From Coraliomargaritaceae bacterium (GTDB lineage Bacteria; Verrucomicrobiota; Verrucomicrobiia; Opitutales; Coraliomargaritaceae): a stretch of 64,000 nucleotides of DNA. Made by a program: the position numbers and the translations under genes. Location of the stretch: assembly GCA_965656495.1 (NCBI GenBank), contig CBFHKU010000001.1, positions 274,781 through 338,780 on the forward strand, written 5' to 3'. The notes below the pieces were generated by a model. The model searched no databases. It was not told where the DNA came from and was given only the letters and a program-made list of their open reading frames with translations. This document shows, piece after piece, positions 9,471 through 19,704 of this stretch (the stretch's first letter is position 1; each line of letters opens with the position of its first letter).

Positions 9471-10913
9471 ATGTCAGGAGCTCCAAACATCGTATGGTTA
9501 CGCAATGATTTGCGCATTCAGGACAATGCTGCGTTGGCGGCGGCAATCGAGCGGGGCGGGCCCTTGGTGATGTTGTATATCTGGGACGCGGGGTCGTATG
9601 GGGCGTGGGTGCCGGGGGCGGCGTCGAAGGTATGGCTGCATCATGCCTTGGAAAGTCTGTCTGTGGAGCTGTCGAAGTACGGGGGCCGTTTATTGATTCG
9701 GCAGGGAGCGACGTCCGAGGTTTTGCAGGAAGTGGTCACGTCGAGCGGGGCGGGGGCGATCTTTTGGAATCGGCGTTATGAACCGAAGTTGCGGGCTTTG
9801 GATGCGGAATTGAAGGTGGAGTTGCGGGCGGAGGGTCTGAAGGTGGAGACCTTTAACAGTGCTTTGTTGAATGAACCGCACACCGTCGCGAACAAATCGG
9901 GTGGGGCGTTCAAGGTTTACTCGCCGTATTTCAAAACGGTGCAGGATCGACCCGTGGCGGCGCCGGTAGCGGTGGATCTTGGGGCGGCGGAATGGTTGGA
10001 GGCGGATTTGGAAAGCGCGGGCTTGGAATCGCTGGGCTTGTTGCCAGAGCGGGATTGGTGGCGCGGAATGGTCTCGGGCTGGGAGATCAGCGAAGCGGGA
10101 GCGCAGGCGCGGCTGGATCGATTTTTGGACGGGGCGGTGGCGCATTACAACGAGGACCGCAATATCCCCGGGATGGAGGGGAGCTCGAAGTTGTCGCCGT
10201 ATTTGCAATGCGGGTTGATTGGTCCGCGGCAGGTGGTGGCGGCATTGAAGGCGCGGACGGATTTAAAAGCGAAGGGACCGTTTGTGTATTTAAAGGAAAT
10301 CTACTGGCGGGAGTTTGCGTATAATGTGCTGTTTCATTTTCCGCACACTCCGGACTCACCCTTGCAGGCGCAATACGCGGATTTTCCGTGGGAGGCGGAT
10401 GATGCTTTGCTGGAGCGTTGGCAGAAGGGTCAGACCGGATATCCGATTGTGGATGCGGGGATGCGGGAATTATACGCGACGGGTTGGATGCACAATCGGG
10501 TGCGGATGATCGTGGCGTCTTTGTTGGTGAAGCAGTTGTTGCAGGACTGGAAGGCGGGGGCGTGCTGGTTTTGGGACACCCTGGTGGATGCGGATTTGGC
10601 GAGCAATACCTTGGGATGGCAATGGAGCGGGGGATGCGGGGCGGATGCCGCGCCGTATTTCCGGGTCTTTAATCCCATGATTCAGGGTGGGAAATTTGAC
10701 GCGATCGGGACTTACGTGAAGCGTTATGTGCCGGAGTTGGCGAAGCTGCCGGCGAAGTATATTCATACGCCATGGGAGGCGCCCGAGTCGGTGCTGGAAG
10801 CGGCGGGGGTGGAACTGGGGGTGAGCTACCCGCGGCCCGTGATCGAGCATCAGGCCGGTCGGGATCGAGCGCTGGCGGCGTTTGATGCCTTTAAAAACGG
10901 GGAGGTGGCGTAA
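9471..10913 (+). CDS. phrB: Deoxyribodipyrimidine (CPD) photolyase
   Basis: WLRNDLRIQDN, SKLSPYL, WREF, GQTGYPIVDAGMR, GWMHNRVRM, DAAPYFRVFNP. Confidence 0.95.
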   Translation: MSGAPNIVWLRNDLRIQDNAALAAAIERGGPLVMLYIWDAGSYGAWVPGAASKVWLHHALESLSVELSKYGGRLLIRQGATSEVLQEVVTSSGAGAIFWNRRYEPKLRALDAELKVELRAEGLKVETFNSALLNEPHTVANKSGGAFKVYSPYFKTVQDRPVAAPVAVDLGAAEWLEADLESAGLESLGLLPERDWWRGMVSGWEISEAGAQARLDRFLDGAVAHYNEDRNIPGMEGSSKLSPYLQCGLIGPRQVVAALKARTDLKAKGPFVYLKEIYWREFAYNVLFHFPHTPDSPLQAQYADFPWEADDALLERWQKGQTGYPIVDAGMRELYATGWMHNRVRMIVASLLVKQLLQDWKAGACWFWDTLVDADLASNTLGWQWSGGCGADAAPYFRVFNPMIQGGKFDAIGTYVKRYVPELAKLPAKYIHTPWEAPESVLEAAGVELGVSYPRPVIEHQAGRDRALAAFDAFKNGEVA

Positions 10914-11800
10914 TGCCTGAAGGAGGAAAAACGGTCTTGGTGACCGGAGCGAGCGGCTTGGTGGGCGCGGCGCTGTGTCCGGTGCTGGAATCGCGGGGTC
11001 ACCAAGTACGGCGCTTGTCGCGCGGCACTGGTGCGAAGGAGTGGGACCCGGCGCGCGGACATTTGGGTGTAGAGGTTTTGGATGGGATCGATGCGGTGAT
11101 TCATCTCGCGGGTGAGAATGTGGCGCAACGCTGGACGACGAAAGTGCGGCGGGCGATTCGTGAGAGCCGGGTCGCTGGTACGGAATTATTGGTGGGGGCC
11201 TTGCTCGCGCGGGAGGCGCGGCCGGATTTCATCATGGCATCGGGGATCAATTATTACGGTTATGCGGAAACAGGGGCGAAGGATGAAGGGAGCGCGTCGG
11301 GAGATGGTTTTCTCGCTTCGGTCTGCCGTGAATGGGAAGGTGCGGCGGCGCTCTGGTCGGCGGCGGGCGGTCGGGTGGTGCAGGTTCGCACCGGAATCGT
11401 TTTGAGTGGGAAGGGTGGTGCTTTGGCGAAGATGCTGCCGCCGTTCAGGCTGGGCTTGGGAGGACCGATCGGGAACGGTCGGCAAAAGATGAGCTGGATT
11501 TCGATTGGGGATTTGGTGTCGGTTTATGTGCGGGCATTGGAGGATGCCGCGTTGGAGGGTCCGATTAACGCAGTGGCACCGAAGCCGGTGAGCGGGGCGG
11601 ACTTTGCGCGGGAACTCGGGGCGGCTTTGGGGCGTCCGGCGGTGCTGCCCACGCCCGTCTTGGCGCTGCGGCTCGCCTTTGGTGAGATGGCGAAGGAGGT
11701 AGTTCTTTCGGATCTGGATATTCGACCGCGGGCGCTGGAGGAGCATGGTTTTAAATGGGCGCAGCCTGAGATTGGGGCGGCCTTTCGGGCGGTATTGTAA
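10913..11800 (+). CDS. TIGR01777/YfcH-type NAD-dependent epimerase
   Basis: VTGASGLVG, IHLAGENV, RTGIVL, GLGGPIGNGRQKMSWI. Confidence 0.9.
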   Translation: MPEGGKTVLVTGASGLVGAALCPVLESRGHQVRRLSRGTGAKEWDPARGHLGVEVLDGIDAVIHLAGENVAQRWTTKVRRAIRESRVAGTELLVGALLAREARPDFIMASGINYYGYAETGAKDEGSASGDGFLASVCREWEGAAALWSAAGGRVVQVRTGIVLSGKGGALAKMLPPFRLGLGGPIGNGRQKMSWISIGDLVSVYVRALEDAALEGPINAVAPKPVSGADFARELGAALGRPAVLPTPVLALRLAFGEMAKEVVLSDLDIRPRALEEHGFKWAQPEIGAAFRAVL

Positions 11801-11813
11801 CTGTAGTTAAAAA

Positions 11814-12791
11814 ATGGATACACAGGATATTTTGGTAATCGGGGCGGGGATCTCGGGACTTTTATGCGCGGCGGAATTGCAGGCGGCGGGTCAGGGGGTG
11901 CTGGTTTTGGATAAGGGTCGCGGCCCGGGCGGACGGATGTCGACGCGTCGCGGGATGGGCGCCACCCGCATTGACCACGGGGCGCAGTTTTTTACGGTGC
12001 GCGAGGCACGCTGGGAAAAATGGGTGGAACGGATGCGTGCGGCGGGAGTGGTGAAAGAATGGTTCCGGCAGGCGCCCTGGGACCACAACCCGGCGGGTTA
12101 TCCCCGTTATTGCGGGGTGGATGGGATGAATGCGATCCCGAAATATTTGGCGGGTGATTTGAAGTTGGTGCGGTCCTGCCGGATAGAATCCTTGCAACGG
12201 GCTGAGGGTTTATGGATTGCGGAAAGCGCGGAGGGCGATCGCTACGCGGGGCGGGAGTTGGTGCTGAGTACGCCATTGCCGCAGACCTGGGCTTTGTTGG
12301 ACACGAGTGGGCTGCGATGGGCGGATGATGCCACGCGGGCGGCGCTGGAGCAGGTGCGGTATGAGAAGGGATTGGCGACGCTGGTGCAGTTAAAGGGGCC
12401 TAGCGCGGTGCCGGCACCCGGGTGTTTGAAATTGGAAACGGAGGCGCTGGTCTGGATCGCGGATAATCAGCAGAAGGGGATTTCGCTGGAGCCCGCTTTG
12501 ACCTTGCACGCGAGCGCGGCGTTTGCGGAGGAACACTGGGACAGCCCGGATACGGTACGTGGGGAATTGATGCTTGCGGCGGCGGAGCAGTGGCTGGGTT
12601 CGGAGGTCGCGGCTTATCAATGTCACCGCTGGGGCTTTACTTTGCCCCTGCATCCGTTTGAGGCGGACTATTACCGGAATACGGCTTTGAATTTGACGCT
12701 GGTGGGCGATGCTTTCGGGGGGCCGCGGATTGAAGGAGCGGCATGTTCGGGTTTGGCAGGTGCAGAGGCCGTGCTCGCGGGAACGAAGTAA
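11814..12791 (+). CDS. Renalase-like FAD-dependent oxidoreductase
   Basis: IGAGISG, DKGRGPGGRMSTRR, DHGAQFFT, HRW, GDAFGGPRIEGA. Confidence 0.9.
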   Translation: MDTQDILVIGAGISGLLCAAELQAAGQGVLVLDKGRGPGGRMSTRRGMGATRIDHGAQFFTVREARWEKWVERMRAAGVVKEWFRQAPWDHNPAGYPRYCGVDGMNAIPKYLAGDLKLVRSCRIESLQRAEGLWIAESAEGDRYAGRELVLSTPLPQTWALLDTSGLRWADDATRAALEQVRYEKGLATLVQLKGPSAVPAPGCLKLETEALVWIADNQQKGISLEPALTLHASAAFAEEHWDSPDTVRGELMLAAAEQWLGSEVAAYQCHRWGFTLPLHPFEADYYRNTALNLTLVGDAFGGPRIEGAACSGLAGAEAVLAGTK

Positions 12792-12822
12792 AGCAGCAGG
12801 ATTGCGGCTTTGTGTGCGTGGC

Positions 12823-13097
12823 GTAATTAGTGGAAGCGACAATCGTGTCGCTTTGGGTGTAAGGCGTGGCAAAGCGGCAGGATTGCCGCTTCCACGGGCG
12901 GTGTTTTTGTGGGCGGTGTAATTTGTGGAAGCGACAATCGTGTCGCTTTTGGTGTGAGGCGTGGCAAAGCGGCAGGATTGCCGCTTCCACGGGCGGTGTT
13001 TTTGTGGGCGGTGTAATTAGTGGAAGCGACAATCGTGTCGCTTTGGGTGTGAGGCGTGGAAAAGCGGCAGGATTGCCGCTTCCACGGGTGGTGTTTC
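12823..13097. repeat. BIME/REPIN-like array: three tandem 95-bp units, each an inverted REP pair
   Basis: GTGGAAGCGACAATCGTGTCGCTTT...AAAGCGGCAGGATTGCCGCTTCCAC starting at 12830, 12925 and 13020. Confidence 0.92.
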
Positions 13098-13152
13098 TAC
13101 GAACGGTGCATTTCGTTCGTGCAATTCCCGCGTTTCGCCATTCACTGAAGGG

Positions 13153-13596
13153 ATGGAAGCAATTCTCCGCAGTATACCCCATCGCCCGCCTTTTCTTTTT
13201 ATCGATAGGATCGAGGAAATTCGCGAGGACGGTGCCACATGCACGCGCACGATCCGTGCGGAAGAGCCGCAATTTGAGGGGCATTATCCCGGCAATCCGA
13301 TCATGCCGGGGGTTCTGCTGTGTGAGGCCTGTTTTCAAACGGGTGCGATTTACCTCGCGAAGCAGATCGAGAAGGAGGGGCGTTCTTTGAATGACGTGAC
13401 GCCGGTGCTGTCGCGGATTCGGGATGCCCGCTTCAAGCAAATGGTGAAACCGGGCGATACGGTCACGATCGAGGTAACGATGCTCGAAACCCTCAGTAAG
13501 TTCTTTTTCCTCAAGGGAAAGGTTATGAAAGAAGGCAAGCCCGCGTTGACGATTGAATTTGCGCTGGCGATGTTGGAACCGGAGGGGGCGTCATGA
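13153..13596 (+). CDS. fabZ: 3-hydroxyacyl-ACP dehydratase (FabZ family)
   Basis: [41 protein letters not shown]. Confidence 0.9.
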   Translation: MEAILRSIPHRPPFLFIDRIEEIREDGATCTRTIRAEEPQFEGHYPGNPIMPGVLLCEACFQTGAIYLAKQIEKEGRSLNDVTPVLSRIRDARFKQMVKPGDTVTIEVTMLETLSKFFFLKGKVMKEGKPALTIEFALAMLEPEGAS

Positions 13597-14396
13597 GTTT
13601 TCTAAATTTAGAAGGGAAACGCTTCCTGGTGATGGGAGTGGCGAATCGCAAGAGCGTGGCGTGGGCGGTGACGCAGACCCTCGAGGCGGCGGGCGCGGAG
13701 GTGATTCACAGCGTGCGCTCGGAGGCGCGACTGGAGAGCCTTCAAAAACTACTGGGCGACCGCAAAGCCTATATTTGCGATGTGGAATTTCCTGATCAGA
13801 TCGAGGCGCTTGCGTCAACAGTGAGCGCGGCGCATGGATCGCTGGACGGAATTTTGCACTCCATTGCATTTGCGAATTATTCGGAGGGTTTCAAACCGTT
13901 TCATGAGACGCCCCGCAAGGATTTCCTGCAGGCGACTGCGATTTCGGCATTTTCTCTGGTGGAGGTCGCGAAGGCCTTTAAGCCGCATCTCAACAACGAA
14001 GCGTCGGTGGTTTCGATCGGGATTTCCTCGACGGATGTCACTGCGGAAAATTACGGCTATATGGCACCGATCAAAGCGGCGCTGGAAACCGCGAGCCACA
14101 ATCTCGCAAAATCCTTCAGTGCCGATACGGCAGTGCGATTCAACACCGTGAATGCGGGGCCCTTGAAGACGAGTGCCTCTGCGGGGATTCCGGGTTATCT
14201 GGAAAGTTATCTCTACGCCGAAAAATTGACGTATCGAAAAGCGAACCTCACCACGCAGGAGGTTGCCAACACCGCGGCTTTTCTACTCAGTCCCGCCTCC
14301 AGTGGCATCAACGGGCAGGGTCTCGTAGTGAACGCCGGGATGGATCGCAACTACTTTGACAAAGAAGTGGTGCGTCTCGCTATGCGTCCGGAGTAG
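13593..14396 (+). CDS. fabI: Enoyl-ACP reductase (FabI-like SDR)
   Basis: [37 protein letters not shown]; overlaps fabZ (ATGA). Confidence 0.88.
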   Translation: MSFLNLEGKRFLVMGVANRKSVAWAVTQTLEAAGAEVIHSVRSEARLESLQKLLGDRKAYICDVEFPDQIEALASTVSAAHGSLDGILHSIAFANYSEGFKPFHETPRKDFLQATAISAFSLVEVAKAFKPHLNNEASVVSIGISSTDVTAENYGYMAPIKAALETASHNLAKSFSADTAVRFNTVNAGPLKTSASAGIPGYLESYLYAEKLTYRKANLTTQEVANTAAFLLSPASSGINGQGLVVNAGMDRNYFDKEVVRLAMRPE

Positions 14397-15627
14397 TATT
14401 GGAGCAAGGGTTCTGAATGGCCTCTTCATACAGCTCGATCATTTTCTGTACCTGCTGTTTCCAAGTGAAATTTTCGAAGGCGTAGCGGTTGGCAAAGGGG
14501 CCTTTGGTTTCTTTGCTATTGTTTTTGATCTCGCGTACCACGGTTTCTGCCAAGACTTGGTGGTCATCGACGGGCACGAGTGCACCGACGGAATCGTTGA
14601 TAAAGTCGGGTAGTCCGCCGGCCTTGGTGGCGATCACGGGAGTCCCGCAAGCCAGGGCTTCGATCGCCACAAGGCCAAAGGGTTCAACGCGCGAGGGAAC
14701 AATAGAGCAATCCGCAGCGTTATAAATGCGTGCCACCTTGTCTTGATTCTGATGCCCAAGGCAATGCACCCCTTGGAGGTTTAATTCTTTTATGAGGGTC
14801 TGCATTTCGTCCCAAAGCCCACCATGTCCCACCAAGAGCGTCTGAACACCAGGTAGTTCTTTTTCATAGATTGCGGCGGCTCGCAGGAGGGTATCGATTC
14901 CCTTGAAATCAGTAAATTTACCAACAAAACTTAAAAGTGGTTTATCATAAGCACCAATTTTAAACTCTTTGAGAACCGTTTCTTTAGTGGCTTCGGGTAT
15001 AATTTTAAAATGATCAGCACCAAACCCGTTCCAAATGAGTGGAAGCTTTGCTTTGGGTAAGTTGTAGAGTTGCATTGCTTCAGCCTGTACTTGCTTTGAG
15101 ATCGCAATCACGGAGGAGGCGTTTTTGGCGCCTTTTAGGGCGAGCTCTCTAAAACGGGAGCTTTTTTTGAACCCCATCAAGTCGGTGCCGTGGCAACTCA
15201 CCACATAAGGGAGACCTGTTGCCTTTGCGAGTGCTGCGGTAACCCAAACGTGATGCGCATGGATTATATCGGGTTTAAAGTTTTTGATGGCGGCTTCGAG
15301 GTGTTGCCGCCAAGCCGCAAGGTAATCAGCGAGTTGTTTATCGCTCAGTTCATAAAAGGTGGTGTTGCTCTTTGGGTGGGTTGTGAAGCAGGGGAAATTA
15401 TAATCAAGTTCACTGGCGATCGTGTGAGAATCGGAGTCATCCGGCTTGAAGGTGATGGTATCAAGTTCAAAGGGAAGAGTATGGGATGCTTCCTCCTTGG
15501 TGGGGTGGTCTGGCGTGATGACTTGGACGCTATGTCCGGCACGGCATAACTCGAGTGCAACGTTTAAGGTGTAAATACCACTGCCGGAACCCTGCAGTGG
15601 AAAGTGGTTTGGCATCAATATTCTCAT
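14380..15627 (-). CDS. Glycosyltransferase family 4
   Basis: [38 protein letters not shown]; lower GC than neighbours. Confidence 0.92.
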   Translation of the reverse strand: MRILMPNHFPLQGSGSGIYTLNVALELCRAGHSVQVITPDHPTKEEASHTLPFELDTITFKPDDSDSHTIASELDYNFPCFTTHPKSNTTFYELSDKQLADYLAAWRQHLEAAIKNFKPDIIHAHHVWVTAALAKATGLPYVVSCHGTDLMGFKKSSRFRELALKGAKNASSVIAISKQVQAEAMQLYNLPKAKLPLIWNGFGADHFKIIPEATKETVLKEFKIGAYDKPLLSFVGKFTDFKGIDTLLRAAAIYEKELPGVQTLLVGHGGLWDEMQTLIKELNLQGVHCLGHQNQDKVARIYNAADCSIVPSRVEPFGLVAIEALACGTPVIATKAGGLPDFINDSVGALVPVDDHQVLAETVVREIKNNSKETKGPFANRYAFENFTWKQQVQKMIELYEEAIQNPCSNTTPDA

Positions 15628-15825
15628 TTTCTATCGCGGATTTTTGGAAACCCTCAGTTGAGGGGCGCGATAGCATAGAATAATTTTAATAGGTTCTTTT
15701 TTTAAAATGTAAGAATAACAAACAGGCAAGTGCATAAAACTTTATTAATCCCTGCTTACTACAAAATCGGATAGTTTGATAAAAACCTCGTCTCCCTCGG
15801 TTAAGTTAGCGTATCTAGTGGGGCT

Positions 15826-16863
15826 ATGCAATTTACACGGGTCGCAATAGAATCGATGGCGTATGCCCTGCCGGAGGCGGTTTGGACCTCAGCGGAGGTG
15901 GAGGCGCGTCTGGGGCCTTTGTATGAACGCCTGGGTTTACCGGAGGGGCGCTTGGAATTGATGACGGGGATTCGGGAGCGGCGATTTTGGCCGGTGGAAT
16001 TCCGGGCTTCGGAGGCCTCTGCGTTGGCGGGGGAGGCGGTGCTGGCAAAGACCGGATTTGCGCGGGATGAAATGGAATTGCTGGTGCATGCGGCGGTGTG
16101 CCGTGATCGGTTGGAACCCGCGACGGCCTCGTATGTGCATGCGGCGCTGGGGCTCGATTCCGGAACCCAGATCTTTGACCTCTCGAATGCCTGCTTGGGT
16201 TTTTTAAATGCGATGGTTCTGGCGGGCGGAATGATCGAGAGCGGGCAGATCGAACGCGCTTTGATCTGTTCCGGAGAGAATGGACGTCCTTTGATGGAGC
16301 ACACCCTCGCGGAATTATTACAGCCCGAACAAACGCGCAAGAGCATCAAGCCGTATTTCGCGAATTTAACGATCGGGGCAGGCGCGGTGGCGGCGGTCCT
16401 GTGTCGGGCAGACCTCGCGCCGGGGCGTCCGCAGTTACGCGCGGCGGCGGTGGCGACCGACACGAGTCACAGCGGCTTGTGTGAAGGGGACAGCGCGGGT
16501 GAAGGTTTGGCGATGTTGACGGACTCGGAGGAATTATTGGTAGCGGGCATCGGCGTGGCGAAAGTGGCGTGGGCTCGTTTTTGCGCGATGACCGGTTGGG
16601 ATGCGAGTACACCGGATCGCGTGATCACGCACCAAGTCGGTTCGGCGCATACGCGGGCTTTGTTTGAAGCGTTGGGTCTGGCGGCGGAGCAGGATTTTTC
16701 GACTTTTGAAACCCTGGGGAATATCGGCTCGGTTTCGTGTCCGCTGACGCTGGCGCGGGCGATGGAGGCGGGCGCCTACGGACCGGGACAAAAGGCGGCG
16801 CTCTTGGGGATCGGGAGCGGTTTGAGTAGTTTGATGTTGGCCTTGGAGTGGCCGGAGGGATGA
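15826..16863 (+). CDS. oleA: OleA-like thiolase-fold condensing enzyme (3-oxoacyl-ACP synthase III family)
   Basis: EPATA, FDLSNACLGF, LTIGAGA, HQVG, GNIGSVS, LLGIGSGL; followed by an oleB-like gene. Confidence 0.85.
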   Translation: MQFTRVAIESMAYALPEAVWTSAEVEARLGPLYERLGLPEGRLELMTGIRERRFWPVEFRASEASALAGEAVLAKTGFARDEMELLVHAAVCRDRLEPATASYVHAALGLDSGTQIFDLSNACLGFLNAMVLAGGMIESGQIERALICSGENGRPLMEHTLAELLQPEQTRKSIKPYFANLTIGAGAVAAVLCRADLAPGRPQLRAAAVATDTSHSGLCEGDSAGEGLAMLTDSEELLVAGIGVAKVAWARFCAMTGWDASTPDRVITHQVGSAHTRALFEALGLAAEQDFSTFETLGNIGSVSCPLTLARAMEAGAYGPGQKAALLGIGSGLSSLMLALEWPEG

Positions 16864-17762
16864 GTATATCACGGGCTTCGCAGTTGCCGCCGGAGGTGCG
16901 GTTTGAATATCCCTTTTCCGGGAATTTGTTTGAACTGCCGGGCGGGGTTCAAATGCATTATTTGGATGAGGGTCAGGGGCCGGTGGTGGTGCTCTTGCAC
17001 GGAAATCCAACCTGGTCGTTTTTCTATCGAGATCTAGTGGTGCGTTTAAAGAGTGCGGGGTACCGTTGTATCGTGCCGGATCACGTCGGTTGCGGTCTGT
17101 CGGACAAACCGCAGGATTATGATTATACTTTGGAGCAGCGGATTTCGGATGTGGAGGCCTTGCTGGAGCATTTAGGGGTGGAGCGTTTCAGTCTGGTGGT
17201 GCACGACTGGGGTGGTGCGATTGGTTGCGGTTTGGCGGGTCGCACGCCGGAACGGCTGGAAAAGTTGGTGCTTTTGAATACGGCGGCGTTTTGTTCGAAA
17301 CGGATCCCGTGGCGGATTGCGGCGGTGAAGCTACCGGTATTGGGGGAATTTTTGATACGGGGCATGAATGCCTTTGCGGGACCGGCGGCCAATATGTCGG
17401 TGCGTTCGCCGCTCTCGCCGAAGGTGCGGCGGGGATTTTTATGGCCCTACCGGAATTGGCGGGATCGGATCGCGGTTTGGAATTTTGTAAAGGACATCCC
17501 CTTGGGGGCGGGGCATCCGAGCTATGCGAGCCTCGCGGCGGTGGAGTCCGGGCTGGAATATTTGAAGGATAAACCGGTGCGGATCTTGTGGGGCGCGCGG
17601 GATTTTTGCTTTAACCGGCACTTTTTGGAGCGATGGAAGGTCTTGCTTCCCGCGGCGGAGGCGACCGTTTATGCGGATTGCGGGCATTATCTACTGGAGG
17701 ACGGGGGTCGCGCGGTGCGGGATGCGGTGGCAGAATTTCTCTCGGAAGGGGCGGTGGAATAA
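16860..17762 (+). CDS. oleB: OleB-like alpha/beta hydrolase (haloalkane dehalogenase fold)
   Basis: HYLDEG, HGNPTWSFFYR, HDWGG, FVKDIP, WGARDFCF, GHYLLED; ATGA overlap with oleA. Confidence 0.85.
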   Translation: MSISRASQLPPEVRFEYPFSGNLFELPGGVQMHYLDEGQGPVVVLLHGNPTWSFFYRDLVVRLKSAGYRCIVPDHVGCGLSDKPQDYDYTLEQRISDVEALLEHLGVERFSLVVHDWGGAIGCGLAGRTPERLEKLVLLNTAAFCSKRIPWRIAAVKLPVLGEFLIRGMNAFAGPAANMSVRSPLSPKVRRGFLWPYRNWRDRIAVWNFVKDIPLGAGHPSYASLAAVESGLEYLKDKPVRILWGARDFCFNRHFLERWKVLLPAAEATVYADCGHYLLEDGGRAVRDAVAEFLSEGAVE

Positions 17763-17813
17763 GCTGATTTTGGCTTTTGCAATTTTCCGGAAGAACGCTC
17801 TTATTAAGGCCTT

Positions 17814-18296
17814 ATGACAACGGTCCTGCAATTATTACTGGAAGGCGAACGCCTTGACACTGCCCAACTGGCTTCAATCCTTGACCAGTCGGAGGCGGAG
17901 GTCGCGGCGGAGCTCAAGCGTTTGGAAGCGGAGCAGGTGCTGCTCGGCTGGCGACCGGTGTTTAATCCCGAACGGGCGCAGGGCGAATTGGTGCGCGCCG
18001 TGATCGAGGTACGCATCAGCCCGGAACGGGACGGGGGCTTTGATCGGCTCGCAGCCCGCATCAGTCAATTTGAAGCGGTGGAATCCTGTTACCTGATGTC
18101 GGGAGCGTATGATTTGTTGCTCTTTGCGAAGGGTAAGGATTTGCGCGAAGTGGCAACTTTTGTATCGGAACGCCTCGCGAGCGTGGAGGGGGTACTCTCG
18201 ACCGCGACTCATTTCATGCTGCGCGCCTACAAGGAGCAGGGGCATCTTTTGTTATCACCCACTGAGAGCGGCGATAAACCCGCCGTTAGTCCGTAA
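17814..18296 (+). CDS. Lrp/AsnC family transcriptional regulator
   Basis: N-terminal HTH, CYLMSGAYDL, STATHF. Confidence 0.92.
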   Translation: MTTVLQLLLEGERLDTAQLASILDQSEAEVAAELKRLEAEQVLLGWRPVFNPERAQGELVRAVIEVRISPERDGGFDRLAARISQFEAVESCYLMSGAYDLLLFAKGKDLREVATFVSERLASVEGVLSTATHFMLRAYKEQGHLLLSPTESGDKPAVSP

Positions 18297-19471
18297 TGTC
18301 TGAGTCATCGCAACAGTTTGTGGCAGACCATGTGAAAGGTCTGCCCCGTTCGGGGATTCGTGATTTCTTTGCAATCGTGGCGGCGATGCCGCAGGCGATC
18401 TCGCTGGGAATCGGGGAGCCGGATTTTGTGACGCCCTGGCATATCCGGGAGTCCGCTATTTTTGCTCTGGAGAAAGGGGTGACGAGTTATACGGACAACC
18501 TGGGCTTGCTGCGCCTGCGCCGCGAGATCAGCAGCTACGTGGAGCAACACTTCGAGATCAGTTATCACCCGGAGCGGGAGGTGCTGGTTACGGTGGGGGT
18601 ATCGGAAGCCTTGGATATCGCCTTGCGGGCGGTGTTGAATCCGGGCGACAAGGTGCTGTACCACGAACCGTGTTATGTCTCGTATAGCCCCAGCATCGTG
18701 CTGGCGCACGCGCAACCGATTGCGGTGGCGACCTCCGCGAAGGATGCCTTTGGGATTGATCCTGAGGCGGTGGCGCAGGCCTGGGAACCGGGCTGCAAGG
18801 TTTTGATGTTGAACTTTCCGACGAACCCGACGGGGGGCGTGACGGAGCGCGCCAAATTGGAACAGCTCGCGCGTTTTGCGGTGGAGAAGGATTTGCTCGT
18901 GATCAGTGATGAGATTTATTCGGAACTGACCTTCGAGGGGGAGCACACCAGTATCGCGTCCTTGCCCGGGATGCGGGAACGCACGATCTTTTTGCACGGG
19001 TTTTCAAAGGCCTTTGCGATGACGGGTTTCCGAATTGGTTATGCCTGTGGACCGCAGGACTTGATTGAGGCGATGATGAAGGTGCACCAATACAGTATGT
19101 TGTGCGCCCCGATCCTTTCGCAAGAGGCCGCGGTTGAGGCTTTGAAAAACGGAACCCCGGCGGTCGAAAAAATGAAAGAGGCGTATCACCGCCGCCGCGA
19201 TCTCATTGTGCGCCGTTTCAACGAGATCGGTTTGAAATGTCATTTGCCGAAGGGTTCTTTCTACGCCTTCCCGAATATCGAAGCGACCGGTCAGAATTCG
19301 ATGGATTTCTGCAAGGGCTTGCTGGAGCAGGAAGAAGTGGCGGTGGTTCCCGGTACGGCGTTCGGGGAGAGCGGCGCCGGTTTTGTGCGGGCGAGTTTCT
19401 CGACGAGTTACGAACGGATTCTGGAAGCGACCAACCGTATCGAGCGCTATGTGGACGCCGTGAAGGCGTAG
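18296..19471 (+). CDS. PLP-dependent aminotransferase class I/II
   Basis: SLGIGEPDF, NPTG, SDEIY, GFSKAFAMTGFRIG, VVPGTAFG. Confidence 0.95.
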   Translation: MSESSQQFVADHVKGLPRSGIRDFFAIVAAMPQAISLGIGEPDFVTPWHIRESAIFALEKGVTSYTDNLGLLRLRREISSYVEQHFEISYHPEREVLVTVGVSEALDIALRAVLNPGDKVLYHEPCYVSYSPSIVLAHAQPIAVATSAKDAFGIDPEAVAQAWEPGCKVLMLNFPTNPTGGVTERAKLEQLARFAVEKDLLVISDEIYSELTFEGEHTSIASLPGMRERTIFLHGFSKAFAMTGFRIGYACGPQDLIEAMMKVHQYSMLCAPILSQEAAVEALKNGTPAVEKMKEAYHRRRDLIVRRFNEIGLKCHLPKGSFYAFPNIEATGQNSMDFCKGLLEQEEVAVVPGTAFGESGAGFVRASFSTSYERILEATNRIERYVDAVKA

Positions 19472-19518
19472 GCGAGCGGGTTTCTTGTTTTTAGCTCATT
19501 AGCCTGTGTGGCAATTGA

Positions 19519-19704
19519 CTAAAGGAGGCTCTTCTTTTTGAAGCGTTTTTTAGGGGTGCGCCGCGGCGATGGAGTGCTTAGAATTATATCAAGTTTTTGC
19601 CATTCAGGGTCATTTGGGTCTGCAAGCTGCATAGACTCAAACCCATGACTGGGAGCGGCCTCCTTCAGGGCTTTATTGATTCTATCTCTGTGCTTCTCGT
19701 TCAT
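19519..19704 (-). CDS. Small protein, possible divergent antitoxin (BrnA position)
   Basis: Overlaps the end of the BrnT-like gene; basic C-terminus; no clear RHH domain. Confidence 0.4.
   Translation of the reverse strand: MNEKHRDRINKALKEAAPSHGFESMQLADPNDPEWQKLDIILSTPSPRRTPKKRFKKKSLL

Noticed and set aside
12823..13097. CRISPR array
   Set aside because: Intervening sequences are near-identical, repeats come as inverted pairs, and no cas genes are present; fits REP/BIME.
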